From Octopus bimaculoides (taxonomy: Eukaryota), in NCBI RefSeq assembly GCF_001194135.2, contig NC_068982.1, forward strand, positions 161,068,417 to 161,132,416: a stretch of 64,000 nucleotides of DNA. The letters run 5' to 3'. The translations under genes and the position numbers were made by a program. Shown here piece by piece: positions 51,385 through 61,259 of this stretch; position 1 is the stretch's first letter, and the number at the start of each line of letters is the position of its first letter. The notes beneath the pieces were generated by a model. That model made no database searches, was not told the origin of the DNA, and saw nothing but the letters and a program-made list of their open reading frames with translations.

Positions 51385-52303
51385 NNNNNNNNNNNNNNNN
51401 NNNNATATATATATATATACACACACATATACATACATTCATACGTGAAGAACAGTACTGGAATAGCTTAGGATTCAAAGACCCACAGCTATTTGAAATC
51501 TTGTCAAAAGTCGAGAGATATATAATCAATGCGGGTAGATGTTTCCAAGAAACAATTTGACCTTCTGCTGCCCAAGATCTGAGATGAATCTTAAATCATG
51601 ACAAGAAACTCAAAAGAGGGCAGCAATATCAAACTCCCTCCTTCACCAAAAGCCAATCATAAAGTTTGGGTTGAAATTTGTAAAAGAATAAAAGAAGAAA
51701 AGAATATATCACATATACGCATATAATAAATATAATATGGAAAGACACCGTGCAGACTACGACAGTAAATAAAGTAGAAATAAATTTAAACATTTATTCT
51801 CTCTGTGCGGTTCCGTACTGTTCCGCAGCCCGGTGGTTGGTGTCCCTGCTTTAAATCATCCACAAATTTCTTATGCATGTACATATAAATATGGTAACGA
51901 AAACCACTTCTACACGATGGCTAGATTTGATAGATACAAAAGCCAAATCTCACCCAATTCATCACTAGATATATTTCAGTTGAAATGGGGCTACACAAGA
52001 ACATCAACACATGTTGAAAACAAATATCCACATAGACACAACAACTATATTCATGTGCCACATGCACACAACAAAGATATGCACACGCACATACACACAA
52101 CCACGGGCAAATCTCGTTAAAGACTACAATATGCACAGAATCGTCTGACTTCATGAAATACGGTCAAGGATGGCTGTTTCAACGTCTTTCTCCATCTCCT
52201 TTTCACTGATCTTCCCACTTCCTCCACCTTCATCTCTTTATCTCCCAATTTCCTATCTCTTTCACTCTCTTTTTCTCTCTCTTTCTCTCACTCTCTCTCT
52301 CTT

Positions 52304-52336
<33 letters not shown>

Positions 52337-52903
52337 TTCCCTCTCTCCTCTTCTTTGTTTCGCAGACAAATACTTCCTATCTTATATGAGTGTGTGTGTG
52401 TGTACGTGTGTGTGTGCGTATGTGTGTGTGTGCGTGTGTGTGCGTGTACGTCTGTGTGCGTGTGTGTACGTACATGTATGTAAGTGTATGCATCTGTCTC
52501 ACACTCTCTCTATCATTCTCACTTTCTCTTGCTCTTTCTTACTCTCACTTTCTCTGTACAAATATATGTACACACACACACANNNNNNNNNNNNNNNNNN
52601 NNNNNNNNNNNNNNNNNNNNNNNNNNNNNNNNNNNNNNNNNNNNNNNNNNNNNNNNNNNNNNNNNNNNNNNNNNNNNNNNNNNNNNNNNNNNNNNNNNNN
52701 NNNNNNNNNNNNNNNNNNNNNNNNNNNNNNNNNNNNNNNNNNNNNNNNNNNNNNNNNNNNNNNNNNNNNNNNNNNNNNNNNNNNNNNNNNNNNNNNNNNN
52801 NNNNNNNNNNNNNNNNNNNNNNNNNNNNNNNNNNNNNNNNNNNNNNNNNNNNNNNNNNAAAAAAGACAAAGTAGAAAATGCTAAAATACTTTTATAAAGA
52901 ACA

Positions 52904-52945
52904 TTACAGAACCGGTTTCGATCCTTGAGATCTTTTCAACAGTAA
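52904..52945 (-). ncRNA. Putative minimal type I hammerhead ribozyme, U3-A8 variant
   Basis: UUACUG-UUGAAAA-GAUC(UCAAG)GAUC-GAA-ACCGGU-U-CUGUAA: stem I 5/6 bp, stem II 4 bp, palindromic stem III, GUU cleavage triplet. Confidence 0.6.
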
Positions 52946-53011
52946 ATATGAATAATAGATTTTTGATAAATTTAAAAGAAAAGTCTTTTTAAAGACATAT
53001 TTGTATAGTAT

Positions 53012-53720
53012 CTAAGTAACAGCGGCATTTTTCTTGCTTCTGCCTGTCTCTGTTTCATTTGTTAACTCAGTAGTTAGACCCAAACCTGGATCGATAAATG
53101 GAAAAGTCTGTTGCTTGAAACCATCCACTGGATGCCACCCATTCCCAGAAGTATCAGCTTGATTATTATTTGCTTTTTCAGTGTCACTTTCAGAATCTAA
53201 TTCAGAAATATCTGTATTGGTGCTAGAAATATCAGATGGATGATAAAAATCATCATCTGAACACAAATCACATTGGGAATTATCATCTCCATCTTCACTG
53301 CTGGAACTGCTCAAAACGGTTTTTCTTTTCTTAGAACTGTAAAAGAAATTCACTGGTACTTTGCTTGGATCAGTGCTCATTATGAAGTATTGCAAATTAA
53401 TATTTAGGTTTGCTAATTTAGATTATGCTAATTTACAAATTATAGACAATTAATAACCTGGAAAGAAAGAAAAAAGAGTTAGTATGCTATATCTCTAAAA
53501 TTTCCATACGACCCACGAGCAGGTCGTGTGGTATCTAGGATGTGATATGAACTAGGCTACCACACGACACTCCGGTGGGACGTGAGTATCTAACACTACT
53601 TATGTGATCCTTGCCTCACATATGGTATAGTGTAGAAATATTACGCCGCTCTTGTCAAAATTAAGATATCGTATTGGGACCCTGGGATAAAGCATAAAAT
53701 TATGCTCGGGAGCCAACGTG
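53012..53720 (-). mobile_element. piggyBac-like transposon 5' end and transposase N-terminus (truncated)
   Basis: TTAA|CACGTTGGCTCCCG terminus at 53720. ORF 53395-53012 has an acidic S/D/E-rich stretch followed by W..VD...FPF...PGL, typical of piggyBac N-termini. Confidence 0.7.
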
Positions 53721-54340
53721 TTAAATAATATATGTCACTCCTACTAAATGTTTTGAGTGTTACTTTCTGTTGTTTGTTTAATCACTCATATATNNNNNNN
53801 NNNNNNNNNNNNNNNNNNNNNNNNNNNNNNNNNNNNNNNNNNNNNNNNNNNNNNNNNNNNNNNNNNNNNNNNNNNNNNNNNNNNNNNNNNNNNNNNNNNN
53901 NNNNNNNNNNNNNNNNNNNNNNNNNNNNNNNNNNNNNNNNNNNNNNNNNNNNNNNNNNNNNNNNNNNNNNNNNNNNNNNNNNNNNNNNNNNNNNNNNNNN
54001 NNNNNNNNNNNNNNNNNNNNNNNNNNNNNNNNNNNNNNNNNNNNNNNNNNNNNNNNNNNNNNNNNNNNNNNNNNNNNNNNNNNNNNNNNNNNNNNNNNNN
54101 NNNNNNNNNNNNNNNNNNNNNNNNNNNNNNNNNNNNNNNNNNNNNNNNNNNNNNNNNNNNNNCGAAACCGATTTGATATTTGAATAAATTTATTACAAAA
54201 TGTAAAAGTGACTACACATTCTGAGATTTAGGTGTATTTTCAAACCCCAAAACAAATTCTCGTATATTTTTTCCTGCGTAGGAATACACGTCTTCTCTCC
54301 ATATACATATACAAACACATATATATATATATTCTTTTAT

Positions 54341-54726
54341 TCTTTTACTTGTTTCAGTCATTTGACTGCGGCCATGCTGGAGTACCACCTTTAGTCGAGC
54401 AAAGCGACCTCAGGACTTATTCTTTGTAAGCCTAGTACTTATCCTATCGGTACTTTTTGCCGAACCGCTATGTTACGGGAACGCAAACACACCAACATCG
54501 GTTGTCAAACGATGGTGGAGGGACAAACACAGACACACAAATATATACACATATATACATATATATACGACGGGACTTTTTCAGTTTGCGTCTACCAAAT
54601 CTACTCACAAGGCTTTCGTCGGCCCGTGGCTATAGTAAAAGACACTTGCCCAAGGTGCAATGCAGTGGGACTGGACCCGGAACCATGTGATTGGTAAGCA
54701 AGCTATTTACCACACAGCCACTCCTA
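54341..54726 (-). mobile_element. SINE family B, near-complete
   Basis: Reverse complement of the head, CORE-like and tail (TGACTGAAACAAGTAAAAGA) segments. Confidence 0.9.
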
Positions 54727-54846
54727 TGTATATATGTATGTATGTATATATTTCCATATATATATATACATATTTATATAAAAAAAGGGAGAGAGTGTGT
54801 GTGTGTCTCTGTGTGTATCTGTGTGTCTGTGTGTGACGCTCACATA

Positions 54847-54880
<34 letters not shown>

Positions 54881-54884
54881 GATA

Positions 54885-55180
54885 GACATGTTGGAGCCTA
54901 ATAGAGAGTGTGTTGAAAAATCTCGATTACGGAGATTATCGTTGTAATTAGAAGACAGTCACTCTGCGAAGTGTTGAAAATCTATTGACAACAATCAAGG
55001 CAGAAAACCCCAGTAACATCAACCAATAACAATAAACTGAGCAAGACAAATTCAAGAAACGCCCAATATAGGGGAAACCAGAACCATAAATCAAGTTTGT
55101 GAGAAAAGGATTGAAAGACGTCAATCACTGGCATGAAGAAACGATTTACTACGAAGGATCCAATCATGGAATATGATGCT
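54885..55180 (+). mobile_element. Decayed L1/Tx1-like ORF1 fragment
   Basis: Loose similarity to the 43.4-44.3 kb element (LESLIESV..., CAA-rich linker). Confidence 0.3.
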
Positions 55181-55735
55181 AAACTTGTAAGGGAGCTTGT
55201 AATTCCCTTACGTAATGGTAGTGGTGTGGGTGAATGTTTTGGTGGGAGTAGTGGTGGTGGTGCTGCTGGTGGTTATGATGATAGAGGTGGAGCTATTTAA
55301 ACTTTTGCATGAGTGCAGCGAGAAAGGATGGTAAACACAGCTATTCCCATTCCAGGTTGGCTACAGATGATTCCTTGTCCAATCAGGATAGAGAATGAAT
55401 GCTGACAGCCGGTGGAATGATTGGAAAAGATGAAGACAACCGATCGCGGTATAAGGAGAACCAGCAAAAGAAGCCCATTGTTGGTTATGGAGCATGAGAG
55501 AAGAGCTAAACTGAGAGACAGAAAGAGGAGATAGGCAGTGATTTATTTGGCCATTACTGCCGACCCGTCAACGATAGAATGTTAGGGCTCATGATGGAAA
55601 TAACCAATGAACATTGGACACCGTCTGACATCAACTAACTCTATCCAAAATTATAACTGAAGGTGAAGAAGAGAAAACATCTTTCAGATGTAATCATTCA
55701 CTTGTGTGTGTGTCTGTGTGTGAGGGAGAGAGAGA

Positions 55736-55777
<42 letters not shown>

Positions 55778-56570
55778 ATGTGTATATTTATTTGTTTTGT
55801 AAAGCTACTAAGTATATAAATAGTACTCCTGCATTGTCATATAATACATAACATTTGTAGAGTAATATATACGGTTGACTATTGTTCCATTATACCCATT
55901 AGTTAGAGTTTCGCGCCGGCTAGACGGTCCCCAGACGACATGTCAAAGAGGAAATATGCATGTAATAGTAAAAAAAGAAAGATATCTTAAGTGAAATTTG
56001 ATATTTAAATTGATAAAGTGAGGGAGAATGCTAAATACCGCACAGCATTTACTGTCCCACTGAGATAACGGTGGTGGTGGTGGTGGTGGTGGTCATGACG
56101 TTGGCGGCGTCGTTGATTGTGAACGTGATTGGTGGCAGTGATAGTGGTAGTGATGGTGGTGGTCATGATGGTAGTGATGATAATGCTGGTAACGACAGTG
56201 AAATTGCAAATGATAACGGTCCTGTGTGTAGACGACAGTGGAACTGTTGTCCGTGTTAAAACTGTTGGGGATGATGGTGAAGGTTATAATGATAGGATGA
56301 TAAGTGGTGTATAAAGTGCATTCTAGAAGTTTTGAAACTTTTTCAGGAGAGACATTTAGGAACTTTATAGTTCCAAACTAAAGACAGATAACTAATATGG
56401 AAATATGAAAAACAAAATGTCTGTAATAAAAAGATTATGCTGCAACACTGTCATGTCATTAGTAGTAAAAATATCTCGAAGAAAATCTATTAGACATATA
56501 TTGCTACCAGGTAAAGAAAAATTAACATATATACATATATATAGACATACATACATATATATATAGACAT

Positions 56571-56621
<51 letters not shown>

Positions 56622-57039
56622 NNNNNNNNNNNNNNNNNNNNNNNNNNNNNNNNNNNNNNNNNNNNNNNNNNNNNNNNNNNNNNNNNNNNNNNNNNNNNNN
56701 NNNNNNNNNNNNNNNNNNNNNNNNNNNNNNNNNNNNNNNNNNNNNNNNNNNNNNNNNNNNNNNNNNNNNNNNNNNNNNNNNNNNNNNNNNNNNNNNNNNN
56801 NNNNNNNNNNNNNNNNNNNNNNNNNNNNNNNNNNNNNNNNNNNNNNNNNNNNNNNNNNNNNNNNNNNNNNNNNNNNNNNNNNNNNNNNNNNNNNNNNNNN
56901 NNNNNNNNNNNNNNNNNNNNNNNNNNNNNNNNNNNNNNNNNNNNNNNNNNNNNNNNNNNNNNNNNNNNNNNNNNNNNNNNNNNNNNNNNNNNNNNNNNNN
57001 NNNNNNNNNNNNNNNNNNNNNNNNNNNNNNNNNNNNNNN

Positions 57040-57117
57040 GTCGATTTGCTCGACTAAAGGCGGTGCTCCAGCATGGCCGCAGTCAAATGACTGAAACAAG
57101 TAAAAGAAAGAAAAGAA
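57040..57117 (+). mobile_element. SINE family B 3' tail emerging from a gap
   Basis: GTCGATTTGCTCGACTAAAGGCGGTGCTCCAGCATGGCCGCAGTCAAATGACTGAAACAAGTAAAAGA. Confidence 0.85.
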
Positions 57118-57186
<69 letters not shown>

Positions 57187-57204
57187 CGTGAGTGTATGTC
57201 TGTG

Positions 57205-57408
57205 TACAAAAAGTATCCGGCTTTATTTACTCCTGCCAAAACTAATGCTGCGTATGCAAGATCCTTTTAGTGGAAGGTGACACCACTCTTCCTGCGCATA
57301 CGTGAATATTTTCGCGCCGATTTGCGCGTCAGTTCCCGGCTGTTAAAGTGCAAACATGTATTGCGCGCTCATTGGATTTTCGTTTCTCGTTTGATAACAG
57401 AATGCATC
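57205..57408 (+). mobile_element. Possible 5' end of another mariner-type element
   Basis: Starts CAAAAAGTATCCGG, resembling mariner subterminal sequence from memory, and ends ATCGAGCA ('IEQ') at the MITE boundary. Confidence 0.3.
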
Positions 57409-57905
57409 GAGCAGAATAGCTAGTCACAAAATCTGAAGAAGGGATCAGATTAGTAAGTATACCAACAAGTAAAGTTAATCGCCACCTCAAAGTGGCTGTT
57501 CTATGTAACTACTAGTCAGGTCTTTCGCCAGATGGTTATTGCATCGGCGACCAGGTACTCACTACTTTGCTTGTTGCAAATCATTGATCGATGGTCGCTT
57601 TGTTTATAATATACTCCTGGCTAGAGCGGACACTGGCTATCACTCAAGCGACTGAGGATGAGCCAACCAGCTCGAAAGTGAGTTAGTCTCGCAATCCTGT
57701 TGTCTGCTAGATGATGGTAAGGGTTCGCTCCCCAACTAGCAATATATATGAGGCAGCGGTGCACCGATAACCAGCTGGTAGATTTGCCTGGGGTTAAACT
57801 AGTAGTAACATGGAACAGCCACTTTGATGTGGCAATTGACTTTACTTGTCAGTATAGTTACTACTCTGATTTCTTCTTGAGATTTCACAACTAGCTATTT
57901 TGCTC
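57409..57905. mobile_element. MITE with 108-bp terminal inverted repeats
   Basis: 57409-57516 and 57798-57905 are reverse complements (GAGCA.AATAGCTAGT...AAGTAAAGT.AAT.GCCAC.TCAAAGTGGCTGTTC.ATGT.ACTACTAGT). Right flank is TA. Confidence 0.85.
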
Positions 57906-58032
57906 ATATATATATCTATATATATATATATATATAGGAGCATTTACGAAAAAACATTTACGAAACAAACGAAGACAGGTGGTGTAAACAACAAATGGAT
58001 GTATTAGTTTAACGCTCGAGAATAGAGAAAGT

Positions 58033-58068
58033 CTTTCACGTTTCGAGCTACGCTCTTCAACTGAAAGG
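58033..58068 (-). ncRNA. Decayed minimal hammerhead-like motif in a short dispersed repeat (about 57940-58140)
   Basis: CUUU-CAGUUGA-A-GAGC(GUA)GCUC-GAA-ACGU-G-AAAG: all stems form, but the core has substitutions and position 17 is G. Confidence 0.45.
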
Positions 58069-59165
58069 AACACAGAAAGAAATAAGGAGAGAAACAAGGA
58101 GAAAAAATATATAAATGTAGTGGTCAGCGATCTATCATATATATGTATGTATAGAAATATGTGTGTGCGCATTTATATGTGTGTATATATATATGCGGCA
58201 AAAAGAAAATGGAGGAGATACAGAAATGACATACATCAACCAGTAGACATTCTTTTATGTCTATTTATTCCAAAACCAAAGGGAGTATTATAAGAATACA
58301 TACACATGCAAAGACTGTATGCTACACAAATATATACCAGTAATACATAAAAGAGTAAGAGATTCTGCCAAGAGGCTACGATATCCTCCACGCTAGCTCC
58401 ATCCCTTCAGTGTTCTGTAGGGATGGGTAGATAGAGTTTGGATGATGAGTGTGCCTCTAGGCTTCATCAGAGGGTCTAAATGTTTAGGAGAGCCGATACA
58501 TACAAGAGTCAGTTACTAATAGGTACAGTATTTTTTTAAGAGACCATAAGAAGAATAGGAGCAAAACTTAGAGTGTGAGAGGAATAAAATTTAGTAAAAT
58601 GGATTAGGTATAGGAAATAGAAATAAGTCATAGACTTTAAATGGTGCCTTCCAAGATTCATGTTATTTTGTCCAATATATTCGTTATAGATATATATTCG
58701 TTCTAAGGATGAGTTTTTAGGAAGGGTAAATTTAGGCAGTGGTTCTTATTTTGTTTATATATAAATACACGTTATGTTTGTGTTTGCAGTGTTAGGTTTG
58801 AAACTATGGTTTGAAAGTATGGTCCGTGTTTCAGAGATGGAAGTTTATATATAGGATGTCAGTTGGTACTAAAGAGAATACGGCACCAGGTGGTGACCAA
58901 AGTAAAGTGTTCGTGTTCGTTATTTTTTCGATCAAGTCCGTGAATCCTTGTGTGCAGTATGTCATTTTTATATCCCCTCCATTTTCTTTTTGCCGTATAA
59001 ATTAAGGGTGAACCACTTTTAACCCCCGCCCATATATGACACTCGATTGCGAAATTGCCACGCAATAACCAGCACTTGGGTATTAATAATTGGCACACTA
59101 CCAGCAGTATATTGGATAGGTGCTATCCCTTAGTTGGTTGGCTTCCCAACCTCTAACTCTTACGG

Positions 59166-59246
<81 letters not shown>

Positions 59247-60338
59247 TACATACATACATACATACATACATACATACATGCATACATACATACATACATA
59301 CATACGTACATACATACATATATATACACGCACATACATATATATATGTGTATATAGGTGTATGTGCGTTTATATATAGACACGTATTTTTACATGTATA
59401 CATGTGTACGCATGTATATATATATGTATATATATAGTATTGAATAAGTTTGATTTTGGGGTATACATATATATGTATGTACGCCCAAAAATCAAACTAT
59501 ATACACACACACACACACACAAACTTAAAGTGACAACCGAGATGAAAAAAGTACTTAATAACTGGGACAGAATTTATGCATTTTAATTTGCTAGGGGCTT
59601 CTTTTCATCCTTACTCTGACTTTTGTGTATCTCACACATATAACGATTGGTGAGTAATACACGCCCAGTTATGACTGACGACAAAGAGTATCAGCCTCAA
59701 ATAAAGAAACGTATTTAATCACTTACAATATATACATACCTACGCATACATACATACATGCATGTTGATTTATGTATGTATGTACGTACGTACGTAAGTA
59801 TGTTTGTATATATGTATGTATGCATGTATGTTTTTATGTATGTGAATATGTATGTATGTATGTATGTATGTATGCGTGTATGTTTGTATGTATGTAATTC
59901 CATCCCTCTTCATTTCCAAGATTTGAAAGCATTTGTATTCTTAGATTGTCGTGTTGACCTGTTCTACCATATTCCTTTTATTCATTTCATACTCACCCAA
60001 AGCCAATTCTATTCTATATCTAAAATACTCGGTTAAGTTATAAATACATGCATTTTATTGACCTTCTCAGATTTCAGCTACTGTATAGCCTGTCGGTAGG
60101 CGCTGTTGGTTATCATAAACTCTATGGTCTTGGAGTCCACATCTATAATACGAACATTCCTCTCGATAACTTTGCAAAACGTTTTGGATATCCTAAAAGC
60201 TTATTTATAGAATTTATGGTGGGACATGAGATTGTTAGGGATTTCGCTTTGTCAGTAATTTTTGTGATAGCTGCAGAGTGCAAAGAATTAGCTTAGATGG
60301 TTGTAGTTGCTGTTGTTGTCATAGCTGCTGCTGCTTTT

Positions 60339-60384
<46 letters not shown>

Positions 60385-60702
60385 TTGTTGTTGCTGCTAT
60401 TCTTATTCCCATTTTTTCTTTCTTTCTTCGATTCTATTTTTTTTTTCGTTTGTTTTTCGTTTCGGTTGGAGGGTTTTTAATCATAATTCTTTCTTGCAAC
60501 ACAATTCTTATTCTTATTTGTTACCCCGAATTATTTATGAAATTCAATAATGTTGAGGAAATAAACAAATTTAGAAATCTGAAAGGAAATTATTATATTT
60601 AGACGTTATTTTAGATGCGTATTTCTTTATTATTAATGATGTTGGTTTATCCATTCCGCAGTTATGGTTGAAACCAGGGTACGAAATTAAGTAACTGGTA
60701 GG

Positions 60703-61141
60703 GCGCGGGCATAGCTGTGTGGTTAAGAAGCTTGTTTACATGGTTTCGGGTTAAAAAGCTTGCTTACATGGTTTCGGGCTCCCTTGTACAGCACCTTGGG
60801 TATATGTCTTCTACCTTAATTACGGGCAGCCTTATGAGTGAATTTTGTAGATGGAAACTCTGTGAGCCCGTCGTATTAATGTATGTATGTATGTATGTAT
60901 GTATGTATGTGCATGTGTATGTATGTGTAAATATACATGTGTGCATATGTAAGTATGTATGCGTGTGTTTGTGTTTTCCCCACACCACCTGAAAACCTGT
61001 GTCGGTTTGCTTACGTTCCTGTAAATTAGCGGTTCTGAAAAGAACCCGATAGAATAAGTATTCTGGGCGATATGTTCGACTACGCACTTCAAGGCGGTGC
61101 CCCAGCATGACCGCAGCCCAATGACTAAAACAAGTAAAAGA
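60703..61141 (+). mobile_element. SINE family B copy with a duplicated head segment and internal (TATG)n
   Basis: GGCGCGGGCATAGCTGTGTGGTTAAGAAGCTTG...; AAGCTTG.TTACATGGTTTCGGG occurs twice; tail ATGACTAAAACAAGTAAAAGA. Confidence 0.8.
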
Positions 61142-61259
61142 TATATGTCTGTGGTTGCATTAGTATTTAGTGGAGTAGGTACTAAAATATCATCTGCGGT
61201 TTTATAATAGCAGTGATAGAATAATTATAATTTCAAGTAGATGAGAATAATGGACAACG

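Noticed and set aside
60048-60296. 82-aa ORF
   Set aside because: No recognisable motif or splice phase linking it to the 59595 candidate. More likely the antisense of a decayed LINE.
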